NCBI GenBank assembly: GCA_028826165.1
Contig: JAPDFW010000094.1
Span: forward strand, 186,001 to 250,000
Direction: 5' to 3'
Length of the DNA stretch: 64,000 nucleotides
DNA from: Anaeramoeba ignava BMAN
Lineage: Eukaryota; Protista; Anaeramoebae
Every line of letters begins with the position of its first letter. Position 1 is the first letter of the stretch. This document shows, one piece after another, positions 40,101 through 53,200 of the stretch. The translations under genes were made by a program, and so were the position numbers. The notes beneath the pieces are model-generated. The model had not been told where the DNA came from and made no database searches. It worked only from the letters and a program-made list of their open reading frames with translations.

Positions 40101-40317
40101 TGAATTATGTTTTGTTTTTATTTTTTTATTTTGGTTCGTTTTTATTGCGAATGATGTTTTGAAAATTTACTTTGAATTTTGTATCTTGATGCACTTTTTT
40201 AATCACAATTTTTGCATTTGAATTTAATTGTTTTGCTAAATAAATTGTTGCAAAACTTCCTTTTTGAATGATTTTAATTGCTTTATATGTTGATTTTTGT
40301 TGTGAATTTGTTGTCAT
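37127..40317 (-). CDS. GSK3: GSK3-like Ser/Thr kinase; exons 40317-40171, 40074-39991, 39883-39776, 39671-39541, 39475-39369, 37729-37349, 37281-37127
   Basis: QDTKFK|[34 protein letters not shown]|[26 protein letters not shown]. Confidence 0.9.
37730..39368 (-). repeat. 1.6-kb intron of 12-bp repeat (ttttataaataa/ttttatatttaa on + strand)
   Basis: Direct reading. Confidence 0.9.
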
Positions 40318-40453
40318 TATTTTATTATTTTGATTTATTAAAAAAAAAAGTGAAAGAAAAAAAATGAAAAAATTTTTTGGAATGAAAAAAAATTTTTTTA
40401 TTTTGAAAGAAAAAAAAAAAAATTTTAAATTGAAATTTTTTTAAGTTGAAATT

Positions 40454-42097
40454 CTATTTTTTGCTAAAAGGTTTTCTTTGCATATTCTGTTTTGGTTGAT
40501 TTTTTCGAAAAGGCTTCTTCTTTTTCTTCTTCTTTTTCTTTTGTTGGTTCCGGTTTTGAGATTGATTTTGGTTTTTATTGATTTTTTCGTTTTGATTTTG
40601 ATTTGTTTTTTTTTCGTCTTTATTTTTTTGATCAGGTCTAAAACTTGATAACGGACGAATAAAATGAGGCGTAGAAAGTTCGACTTTGGGTTTTGCGACC
40701 TCTTTATTTGCAAGCATTGGGGGAACATATTTGCCAACTTTTTTGGGGATAATTTTCTCTTGAGAATTTTGGTTTTTGGGGGTATTTTCATTTTGGATTG
40801 AATTTTGATTTAGGGATAAAAAGTCGAAATTTTCTTTTGATAAAGTAAAAACTTGATCGAGTTGGTCTTTTGGCAGGGGTTTCCAATCAACCTTTCTTAT
40901 TGTATCAGCGGGGATTGTTTTTATTGCGAGACCATTATGGGAAAAGACTCTGAACTCGTTATCAACCTTCATTTGTGGGAACAAAACAGCGGTAAGTAAA
41001 AAATTGCTGCAATCAGACCATTTGGTAAGAACAGAGCACTCAGCCTTATTCTTGCGAATCAAACGGAAGTTCTCGATATCCCAGAAATGGATTTCGCCGC
41101 TCAGATTCCCGAACCCAGTAAAGACGGCGTATTTACCGTTTGGACTAAAACTGACACCGTTACAATGGATATTTCCAAAGTCATAAACTTGGTCGCATTT
41201 TTCGTCATATAAAAACGGTTTTCCAGGCATGAAACCGCTGATAACAATGAACTCGTGGCGTGTGGGATGGAACGCATAGTCATAAACGGGGCCCTCAAGA
41301 AGAGGCACATGAGCAAAAAACGAGCCGTTTGATTTTAGGAAAAAAAGTTTAGTCGATCCAAAATAGTTTTTATCTGTTTGATCGACACTAGAATTGGATC
41401 CGACCAGCAGGTATTCTTTGTCGTAACTCCACTTGACGTCGAGTTCGTCGACGGAGCCGAGCTGCTGCTGGTACAGGGCCTGAGAACGGGGATACTCACA
41501 AATGCGGAACATGGAAGACATTCCTTTCTGTTTTATAAAGAATAAAAGAAAATATTGTCCGAGTTTCTTTCCGCTCACAAACTCGAACGACGCGATACCC
41601 TTAACTCCCATTGTTTTGATCGGGTTCAGATGGATGTTTTCGGTTGTGAAGAAAATTATCTGATTATGATCCATTCTTGCACAAAGTTGCTCATCTTCAG
41701 TAAAAATAAAGTGTTTGCTTTTGTCGTTGAAGTTGATCTGCGTGAAACGTTGGACTTCCTTTCCTTTCTTAAGATCCCAAACGGCTATGTTCCCCTTCTT
41801 GTTTTGCTGGTGATCTGGTGTCATTTTTTCATATGTGATTAGGTAGTTATCTAGTGGTGAAAATTCCATTTTGTATGGCTTGGAAAATTGCTTTAATTCT
41901 TGCTCGGTTTTTCCTGTTATTATGTTCTTGATTTTGATTTCTAATTCGTCCAGTATTGCTATTTTCTCTCCTTTATTACTGTACTCAAAATTCGTCCCTT
42001 TTTCTTCTTTTTCTTGTTTTAATTCGAATGGGTTTGTGTATGTTATTGTTCCTGCTTTGCTTATTATTGTGATTTGTTGTTGTATTTTTTCTGTCAT
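40454..42097 (-). CDS. EIF2A: Eukaryotic translation initiation factor 2A (WD propeller), intronless
   Basis: VDQTDKNYFGST, EGPVYD, GFMP, GFGNLSGEIHFWD, MKVDN, GKYVPP. Confidence 0.92.
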   Translation of the reverse strand: MTEKIQQQITIISKAGTITYTNPFELKQEKEEKGTNFEYSNKGEKIAILDELEIKIKNIITGKTEQELKQFSKPYKMEFSPLDNYLITYEKMTPDHQQNKKGNIAVWDLKKGKEVQRFTQINFNDKSKHFIFTEDEQLCARMDHNQIIFFTTENIHLNPIKTMGVKGIASFEFVSGKKLGQYFLLFFIKQKGMSSMFRICEYPRSQALYQQQLGSVDELDVKWSYDKEYLLVGSNSSVDQTDKNYFGSTKLFFLKSNGSFFAHVPLLEGPVYDYAFHPTRHEFIVISGFMPGKPFLYDEKCDQVYDFGNIHCNGVSFSPNGKYAVFTGFGNLSGEIHFWDIENFRLIRKNKAECSVLTKWSDCSNFLLTAVLFPQMKVDNEFRVFSHNGLAIKTIPADTIRKVDWKPLPKDQLDQVFTLSKENFDFLSLNQNSIQNENTPKNQNSQEKIIPKKVGKYVPPMLANKEVAKPKVELSTPHFIRPLSSFRPDQKNKDEKKTNQNQNEKINKNQNQSQNRNQQKKKKKKKKKPFRKNQPKQNMQRKPFSKK

Positions 42098-42476
42098 TAT
42101 ATTTTAAAATTTTAAAATGAATGAAAAAATGAAAAAATGAAAAAATGAAAAAATTTTAATTTTAATTTTAATTTTAATTTTAATTTTAATTTTAATTTTA
42201 ATTTTAATTTTAATTTTAATTTTAATTTCAATTTTAATTTTAAATTTTAATTTTAATTTTAATTTTAGTTTTAAATCAATTATTTATTTGATTTCAATTT
42301 TAATTTTAAATTTTAATTTTGATTTTGATTTTAATTTTAAATCAATTATTTATTTGATTTCAATTTTCCAAAAAAAAATTTGTTCTTCTTTTTCATTTTC
42401 TTTGTTAAAAAAAAAGCTTAAATTTTATTAAAAAAAAATTTTTCTTTGGTTTTTTCTTGATTAAAATAAAATCAAT

Positions 42477-43244
42477 TTAATATTTAAGAATGTCATCATC
42501 AAATTGATTATAATCAATATCTTCATTTACACGTCTTGGAACTCGCATATATTGATTTCTGTTTTTTCTTCTGATAAATTTAAATCTAATAAAACAACCA
42601 ACAAAAAATAAGAAATAAGCTATTCCACTTCCAAAAAGATAATAAGATAAATCTTTATTATCTTTTCCATTTAAACTTCCAATATTTCCTTGTTTATTAA
42701 AATAAAAGAGAATTCCAAGAAATGTCTAAAAAATAATTGAAATGGATTTTAATATTAATTTTAAAATGAATTTTAATATTAATTTTAAATTTTAATTTTA
42801 ATTTAAATTTGAATTTTAATTTTAATTTTAATTTTAATTTTAATTTTAATTTTAATTTTGATTTTAATTTTAATTTTAATTTTAATTTTAATTTTAATTT
42901 TAATTTTGATTTTAATTTTAATTATAATTTTAATTTTAATTTTAATTTTAATTTTAATTTTAATTTTAATTTTAATTTTAATTATAAATTTAATTTTAAT
43001 TTTAATTTTAATTTTAATTTTATAAATGAATTTTAATTTAATATTGATTTGAATTTAATATTGATTTTAATTTCAAAATAAATTTGTAATTTTTGTTAAA
43101 ATGGTTAAATTGAACTAAAATTTAAAATTAATTTTTTGTTTAGTTTCATTTTTAATTTGATACAAGCATAATTGTGCCCCAAAAACCAAGAACAATACAA
43201 CAAACTGCACATTTAAGACCTGGAACAATTACTTTTAAACCCAT
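42477..43244 (-). CDS. RNASEK: RNASEK / V-ATPase subunit f-like two-TM protein; exons 43244-43164, 42725-42477
   Basis: PGLKCAVCCIVLGFWGTIML|TFLGILF resembles the RNASEK N-terminus ([26 protein letters not shown]); second TM followed by a basic tail with QYMR. Not in the ORF track. Confidence 0.78.
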
Positions 43245-43373
43245 TTTATTTTTATAATTATAATTATTAAATGAAAAAAAATGAAAAAAATGAAAAAATG
43301 AAAAATTGAAAAATTTTTTTTTCTTTTTTTTTAATTTTTTTTTCTTTTTCTTTTGCTTTAAACAAATTTTAAT

Positions 43374-46300
43374 TCATTTAAATTGATTTGATTGCCTCGT
43401 CATTGTGATCCAAAACATAAAAACAGGAATCATTAATAACACTTGAGCAACCATTTCAATTGAAATAATCGATTCTTTCAAACCATATCTAAAAAAAAAA
43501 TCAAAATCAAATTTAAAATGAAAAATTATAATTGAAATTAATATCAATATCAAAATAAATATAAATATAAATATCAATATAAATATCAAAATCAAAATCA
43601 ATATCAATATAAATATCAATATCAATATCAATATCAATATCAATATCAATATCAATATCAATATAAATATCAATATCAATATAAATATCAATATCAATAT
43701 CAATATCAATATAAATATAAATATAAATATAAATATCAATATAAATATAAATATAAATATAAATATCAATATAAATATCAATATAAATATCAATAATATA
43801 AATATAAAATATGAAATATCAATATAAATATCAATATAAATATCAATATCAATATCAAAATATCAATATCAATATCAATATAAATATCAATATAAATATC
43901 AATATCAATATCAAAATAATATAAATATAAATATCAATATCAATATCAATATAAAATAAATATAAATATCAAATCAATATCAATATCAAAAAAATATAAA
44001 TATCAAAATCAATATAAATATCAATATCAATATAAATATAAATATCAAATCAATATGAAATAATATCAATATCAATATCAATATCAATATCAATATCAAT
44101 ATCAATATAAATATCAATATTAATATAAATATCAATATAAATATAAATATAAATATAAATACTAAATATCAATATCAATATCAATATAAATATCAATATA
44201 AATATCAATATCAATATAAATATAAATATCAATATAAATATAAATATAAATATAAATATAAAATATAAATATAAATATAAATATCAATATCAATATCAAT
44301 ATCAATATCAAATATCAATATCAATATCAATATCAAAATATCAATATCAATATAAATATCAATATCAATATCAATATAAAATATAAATATAAATATCAAA
44401 ATCAAAATCCCAAAGTAAATATAAAATCAAAAATCCAAAATATAAATATCAAAAATCAAAATCAATATCAATATAAATATCAAAATCAAAATCAAATATA
44501 AATATCAATATAAATATAAATATATAAATATAAATATAAATATAAAATATAAATATCAATATATAAATAAATATCAATATAAAATATGAAAATCGTATCA
44601 AATATCAATATCCCAAAATCAATAAATATAAATATAAAATATAAATATAAATAAAAATATAAAATATAAAATATAAATATATCAAAAATATAAATATAAA
44701 TATAAATAAAAATATCAATATCAATATAAAATATAAATATCAATATAAATAATAAAAATATAATAATATCAATATAAATATCAATATCAATATAAATATA
44801 AATATCAAAATCAATATAAATATAAATATCAATATCAATAAATCAATATCAATATCAAAATAAATATCAAATATAAAAAATATAAATATCAAAAAAATCA
44901 AAATAAATATCAATATCAATATCAAATATCATCAATATCAATATGAAATATAAATATCATAAAATCAATCAATATAAAATCAATATAAATATAAATATAA
45001 AATATAAATATAAATATCCTCCAATATCAATATCAAATATATAAATATCAAAAATATAAATATAAATATAAATATAAATAAAATTCTAAATATAAATATC
45101 AATATAAATATCAATATAAAATAATAATATCAATATCAATATCAATATCAATATAATATAAATATAAATATAAAATAATATCAATCAATATCAATATAAA
45201 TATCAATATCAATATCAATATCAAAATCAATATAAATATAAATATCAATATCAATATCCAATATCAAATATGTAAAATATAAATATAAATATAAATATAA
45301 ATATCAAGTAAATATAAATAATATAAAATATCAATATCAATATCAATATCAATATAAATATAAATATAAATATCAATATAAATATAAATATCAATATCAA
45401 TATAAAAATATAAATATAAATATCAATATCAAATATAAATATCAATATAAATATCAATATCAAAATCAATATAAATATCAATATCAATATCAAATATAAA
45501 TATCAAAATAAATAAAAATATCAAATCAATATCAATATCAATATAAATATCAAGTAAATATCAATATAAATATCAATATAAATATAAATATAAATATAAA
45601 TATAAATATAAATATATAAATATAAATATAAATATCATCATATAATTATAAATATCAAAATAGAATAAATATCAATATAAATAAATAAAAATATAAATAT
45701 AAATATCAATATCAATATCAAAATATAAATATGGAAATCCAAATATAAATATCAATATAAATATAAAATATCAATATAAATATCAATATCAATATCAATC
45801 AATATAAATATCAATATCAATATATAAATATAAATATAAATATAAATATAAATATAAATATATAAATATCAATATAAATATGAAAAATATCAATATAAAT
45901 ATCAAAATCAATAAATATCAATATAAATATCAAATATAAATATAAATATCAATATCAAAATCAATAAATATCAATATCAATAAATATAAATATAAATATA
46001 TCAATAAATATCAATATCAAAATATAAATATAAATATAAATATAAATATCAAATATAAATATCAATATAAATATCAATATATCAATCAATATCAAATATA
46101 AATATAAATATCAATATCAATATCAATATATCAATATAAATATAAATATCAATAAATATCAATATCAATATAAATATCAATATCAATATCAGCCATCAAT
46201 ATCAATATCAATATCAATATCAATATAAATATCAATATCAATATCAATATCAATATCAAATCAATATAAATATAAATATCAAAATATAAATATCAATATA

Positions 46301-49300
46301 AATATAAATATAAATATCAATATCAATATAAATATCAATATGAAATATAAATATCAATATCAATATCAATATCAATATCAAATCAATATCAATATCAATA
46401 TAAATATAAATATAAATATAAAATATAAATATAAATATCAATATCAATATAAATATCAATATCAATATCAATATAAATATCAAAATCAATATAAATATAA
46501 ATATCAATATAAAATATTAATATCAATATCAATATAAATATCAATATCAAAATCAATATAAATATAAATATAAATATAAAATCAATAAATATAAATATCA
46601 ATATCAATATAAATATAAAAATCAATATAAATATAAATATCAGAAATCAATATCAATATAAAATATCAAATATCAATATCAAATAAGAAATATAAATATA
46701 AAAATCAAAATAAAATCAATATCAATATAAATATCAATATAAATATAAATATCAATATATCAAATAAAATATCAATATCAATATCAATATCAATATCAAT
46801 ATCAATATCAATATCAATAAATATAAATATAAATATAAATAATATAAATATAAATATATAAAATATATGGAAACAAATATAAATATAAAAATAAATATAA
46901 ATATAAAGAAATATAAAATAAATATAAATATAAATATAAATATGAAATATAAATAAATATAAATATAAATATAAATATAAATATAAATAAATATAAATAT
47001 AAATATAAATATAAATATAAATATAAATATAAATATAAATATAAAAATCAAAAATAAATATCAATATAAATATAAATATAAATATCAATATCAATATCAA
47101 TATCAATATCAATATCAATATAAATATAAATATAAATATCAATATCAATATCAAAATCAAAAATATAAATAAAATATAAAAATAAAATATAAATATCAAT
47201 ATAAATATAAATATAAATATAAAATATAAATATCAATATCAATATAAATATAAATATCAATATCAATATCAATATCAATATCAATATCAATATCAAAATC
47301 AAAATCAATATCAATATAAATATAAATATCAATATCAATATCAATATCAAAATAAATATAAATATCAATATCAAAATAAATATAAATATCAAAATCAAAA
47401 TCAATATAAATATAAATATCAATATCAAAATCAATATCAATATCAATATCAATATCAATATCAATATCAATATCAATATCAATATAAATATCAATATCAA
47501 TATCAATATCAAAATAAATATAAATATCAATATCAAAATAAATATAAATATCAAAATCAAAATCAATATAAATATAAATATTAAAATAAATTTATACTGT
47601 CGTGAAAGAACATAAGTTAAAAGTGAAAGTGGTAAAGAACTAATAATAATCATCATTTGAGCTCGTTCTCCTTTAAAATTTAATATAAAAACAGTTAACA
47701 TTGAAATAGAAGGATACAAAAAAGCTTTCATTAAATAATATAAAATAACACTTTTCCAAGAAAATTTTGTTTCTTTTTTTTGTGAAATAAATAATCCAAT
47801 TGAAACTAAAGCTAATGGAAAAACAAGTGAAGCTTTTTTTTTGGATTAAATATTGATTATTTTAAATTGATTATTTTAAATTGATTTTAAATTGATTATT
47901 TTGAATTGATTTTAAATTGATTATTTTGAATTGATTTTAAATTGATTATTTTAAATTGATTTTGAATTGATTTTAAATTGATTATTTTAAATTGATTTTA
48001 AATTGATTATTTTAAATTGATTTTAAATTGATTATTTTAAATTGATTATTTTAAATTGATTTTAAATTGATTTTAAATTGATTATTTTAAATTGATTATT
48101 TTAAATTGATTTTAAATTGATTATAAATTGATTTTAAATTGATTATTTTAAATTGATTTTAAATTGATTATTTTAAATTGATTTTAAATTGATTATTTTA
48201 AATTGATTATTTTGAATTGATTTTAAATTGATTATTTTAAATTGATTTTAAATTGATTATTTTAAATTGATTATTTTAAATTGATTTTGAATTGATTATA
48301 AATTGATTTTAAATTGATTATTTTAAATTGATTTTAAATTGATTATTTTAAATTGATTATTTTAAATTGATTATTTTAAATTGATTATTTTAAATTGATT
48401 ATTTTAAATTGATTATTTTGAATTGATTTTAAATTGATTTTAAATTGATTATTTTGAATTGATTATTTTAAATTGATTATTTTAAATTGATTATTTTAAA
48501 TTGATTATTTTGAATTGATTATTTTAAATTGATTATTTTAAATTGATTATTTTAAATTGATTTTAAATTGATTTTAAATTGATTATTTTAAATTGATTTT
48601 AAATTGATTTTAAATTGATTTTAAATTGATTTTAAATTGATTTTAAATTGATTATTTTAAATTGATTTTAAATTGATTATTTTAAATTGATTATTTTAAA
48701 TTGATTATTTTAAATTGATTATTTTAAATTGATTATTTTAAATTGATTTTGAATTAATTTTAAATTGATTTAAATATTGATTATTTTGAATTGACTTTAA
48801 ATTGATTATTTTAAATTGTTTTTAAATTGATTATTTTAAATTGATTTTGAATTGATTTTAAATTGATTTTAAATTGATTTTAAATTGATTATTTTAAATT
48901 GATTATTTTAAATTGATTTTAAATTGATTATTTTAAATTGATTATTTTAAATTGATTTTAAATTGATTATTTTGAATTGATTTTAAATTGATTTTGAATT
49001 GATTATTTTAAATTGATTATTTTAAATTGATTATTTTAAATTGATTTTAAATTGATTATTTTAAATTGATTTTAAATTGATTATTTTAAATTGATTATTT
49101 TGAATTGATTATTTTGAATTGTTTTTAAATTGATTATTTTAAATTGATTTTAAATTGATTTTAAATTGATTTTGAATTGATTTTGAATTGATTTTTTTTA
49201 CAAGTAGTTTCAAGTACTCGATCAATTAATTTTGGCAAAGGAATTCTAAGTATCGAATATAAAAGTCCTAAAAGTGTTGAAATCATTAAAGGATTAATAA

Positions 49301-50171
49301 AAGATTTTTTAATCAAAATAAAAAGTAATCGCTTTTTTGAAAATCTCTTTCTTTGATTTGCTTTTTCTGTAAAATTATCTTCTGAAAAATCAATTTCAAT
49401 CCATTGATCTTTTTTCACAAAATTTTGTTGATTTTTAGTAAGACTAACTTCTTCCAAATTAGAATCAGAAATAGGAACAATCTCCTTTCGATATTTCCTT
49501 TTCATATCAAGAATTTCAAAGAGAACAATACAAAAAGGTAATTGAGTTAAACATCCTGCAAGATTTGCTAAAGTAGGATAAATTCGGGATTCTTTTCCAT
49601 ATAAAGAATCAAAAATCGGAAATCCAAAAACAATATTGTTTGTAAAAGTAATTAAAATTAAATTGCTCATAACAGATGTAATTGATCTTCCTTCAATTAA
49701 CATTGCTCCTAAAACAACAATTGTACAAGCTTATATATTGATATTTTTGTTTTTGAAAAAAAAAAAAAAGTGGAACAAAAAAATTTTTTTGAATTGGCAA
49801 AAAAAAATAATATAATTTTATTAATAAATTAATTTAAAATACCTATAAATATAAAAACAAGATATGAAAGAAAAAATTTCCATTCAATTTTATCACTATT
49901 AAAAAAATGGGTTTATTTTTAAAAGAAAAAAAAAATTTTTAATTCATCAAATTATTTTAAAATTTAATTTGGAAAAAAATTTTAAGTACAAATCAAATTT
50001 TGCAATTGTTTGAAAAAGTAGAGCAGATAAACCAAATTGAAAAACAAGAGAATTGTAAATAAGACTAAATTGAGTTGGTATTATTTTTAATTTCCCACAT
50101 AAAAAACCTAAGAAAATTACTGATAGAATTGAAATTCCAACTTCAACTAAATCTAAATAAATGTTTGACAT
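43374..50171 (-). CDS. PIN-like / auxin efflux carrier (Mem_trans) family transporter; exons 50171-49990, 49895-49843, 49729-49202, 47832-47598, 43488-43374
   Basis: IFLGFLCGKLKI, NSLVFQFGLSALLF, FTNNIVFGFPI, FINPLMISTLLGL, PLALVSIGL; 5+5 TM with a central loop. Confidence 0.85.
43489..47597 (-). repeat. 4.1-kb intron of (atatca/atataa)n hexamers
   Basis: Direct reading; source of the spurious Ile/Leu/Phe ORFs. Confidence 0.9.
47833..49201 (-). repeat. 1.4-kb intron of mixed 11/14-bp repeat (ttgattttaaa / ttgattattttaaa on + strand)
   Basis: Direct reading. Confidence 0.9.
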
Positions 50172-50225
50172 GAAGGAAAAAATGAAAAAATTTTTTCATT
50201 TTTTTTTCATTTTTTTTCTTTTCAA

Positions 50226-53200
50226 ATGGAAATTATTGATTTAATTTTAAAAAATAGATTTGGAGAAATTAAAAAGAAATTTAATAAAGATGATCCAATT
50301 TGGAAATTTAAAACTGTAGAATTGTTATTATAATTATTTTTCTTTTAAAGAAATAATCAAAAAAAAAATTTATTTAAAATTTAAAATTTAAAATAGAATT
50401 GTGTAAAAAAATTTTTTTTAACTTTGAAAAAAAAAGTTTGAATATTAAAATTTACATTTTATTTAGCAAGAAACACTTCTTCATTTAATTATGTGTAAAA
50501 AACCAACAACAAAACAAATTTTATTTTTATTAGAATATATTCAAGTTGATGTTGAATCTGTTTGAAATTAAAAAAATTAAAAAAATTAAAAAAATTAAAA
50601 ATATAAAAATTAAAAATAAAAAGATTGTAAAAATAAAATTTAATTAAAAATAATTGATTAATGTTTATAAATTTAAATAAAAAAGGCTGTAAAAAAATTA
50701 TTTTTATTTTTATAATCATTTTTTAAATATTATTTTTAGGGAATAACTCCTCTTCATTATGCAATAGAAAATAATGTTGATTTTGAAATTATTAGATTAC
50801 TTATTGACATGAATTCTGATATTGAAAAAAGAAATGTATAAAATCATTTTATTAATTTTAAAATCAAAAATATTTTTTATTATAATTTTTTCATTTAAGA
50901 ATGTAAATATTATTTTTTTAAAAAAATAAAACTTCTTTTATTAAAAAAATCTAATTCATTTTTTTGTAAATTAAAGATTGTAAATATTTAAAATATTAGA
51001 AATAATAAAAGAAATTAATTTTTTAGTTGAAAAAAAATTTAAGGGAGAAACTCCTTTATTTATTGCATTAAGAAAACAAAATTCAGATGCTGTTAATTAT
51101 TTAATTAAAAAAGGTGCAAGAATTAGCGCAATAGAAGTATTATAGATAATATAAATAATAATATAAATAATAAAAATAAACATTTTGATTTAGGGAGTAT
51201 TTTTAAAAGAAAAAAAGAAATTTTGAATTAAATAATTATTTAAATTTTGAAAGAGAGTAAAATTATTTAAAAATATTATTTATAAAAATATTTATATATA
51301 ATATATTTAAAAAGGGAAATTCTGTGTTACATTATGCTTGTCAATATCAAGCATCAACTTCATTTATAAAGGATTTAGTAGAATCAAGATTAGATATTAA
51401 TCAAGAAAATGTGTAAAAAAAATATATATTTACAATTTTTAAAAAAGAAAATAATTCTTTAAATTTATTTTTCTTGTTTATTTTTTGGATTAGATTTTCT
51501 TTTTTTTTAAATTTATTATTTGGAGAAAAATCTCAATTATTTAATTAATCAATAACCCATTTTTTTAAACAAAAAAAGCATCAAAATTCAACTTCTTTTC
51601 ATTTAGCTTTAAGTACAGAAAATCCAAATATTGAAACAATTAAATTTTTAATTTCAAAAGGAGCTGATCTTAATAAATCAAATGTAAATAAATTACTTCC
51701 AAAAATCTAATTAAAATATTCAAATTATTTTAGAAAGTAAATATTAAAATATTTAAAAAAAAGAAGAAATTAAATTAAGAAAATGAAAAATTATTTTTTA
51801 GTCTGTAAAAAAATTTAAAAAAATCTAATTTAAATTTAAATTAAATTAAATATCAAAAATGATATAATTTTAGTCAATGACTCCTCTTCATTTTTTATCT
51901 ACATTTTCTGATGATGTTGAAGTTTTAAAATTATTATTAGATTCTGGTGCTTTAATTGATAAATTAGATGTAAATATTAAATATTTTATTTTTTCAAGTA
52001 TTTAAATAAATAATATTTGAAATAAATTTTTATTTTTATAAGTGGGTAAATTTAATTCTTCTAAAAAAATAAATTTTTAATAATTATATTGATTAAATTC
52101 AAAAACAAAAGAAAGTAAAAAGAAAAATCTTTTTGAATATTATTTTTTTGATTAAAGATTAATTTGGTTTTTTTTTAAAAAAAAAATAAAAGAAAAATAA
52201 TCCTGTTGATATTGCTTTTCAAATGGGACATTCAAAGATTTTGGATTTCTTTTTGGGAAATGGAAAAAAATTTTCAAGACAATTAGAAGTTTGTTAAACA
52301 AAAAAATTTACAATCATTTTTTTATATTAATTATTATAATTATTTATTAGGAAGTAAAATTTTATTTCTTATTCATTTTATATCAAAAAAATGATTTTTT
52401 TAATTTTAAATTTTGAATTTAGATTTTTTTGGATTTTTTTAGAAATAAATCAGATCCAAAAACATTAGAAGTTTTAATGGATAATATGTTTATTTTCAAT
52501 TTGAAAATTGTAAAAAAGGAAATGAAAAAATTTAATTATTTAAAAAATATTTACAAAATATTTTTAGCAAGTAAATTTAAAAAAAATATTTAAAAAAGAT
52601 TTATGAAAAATATTTATGAAAAATTTGAAGGATTTTTCCAATTTTATTTTTAATTTTGAAACAACGGAAACGATAGATTTATTACATTTTATTAAACCAA
52701 GAGATGATTATAGATTTTTAATTGCAAAATCATTATTTAATTATGGAGGAGAAGTACTTTTAACAGAAGTAAAAAATTTAAAATTCATTTATAAAAATTT
52801 AAAATTAAAATTAAAATCAAAATCAATATTAAAAAAAGGATGATTCCGAACTTCAGGAATTAAGAGATAAAAATTTAAGTATAATTGATGATTTTAAAAC
52901 TTTATACAAAAATCAAGAATTTTGTGATTTAACAATTCATTGTATTGATGGAAAAATTAATCTTCACAAAACAATATTTAATGCAAGAGTTAATGACTTT
53001 ACAAAAGCAATAAATTTCCTTCAAGATCAACCTCTCAAATCCACAAAGAGAATTGTGAAGTTTTTATACACAGGAATGATAAAAAAAGAAACAGATTTTT
53101 CAAATGTGAAGAATTTTTATGAGAAAATAGATGAAAATTATAAAAAAAGAATAGGAAAAAAAGGATTAATTTCTGATATATCTAAACTTTATGAGAAAAA

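Noticed and set aside
43374-47731. Many ORFs of poly-Ile/Leu/Phe/Tyr/Asp (also at 10446, 23437, 28281, 30373, 31674, 38853, 42809, 61435)
   Set aside because: Translations of microsatellites in introns, intergenic DNA or alternative frames; stop-free only because of the repeat unit.
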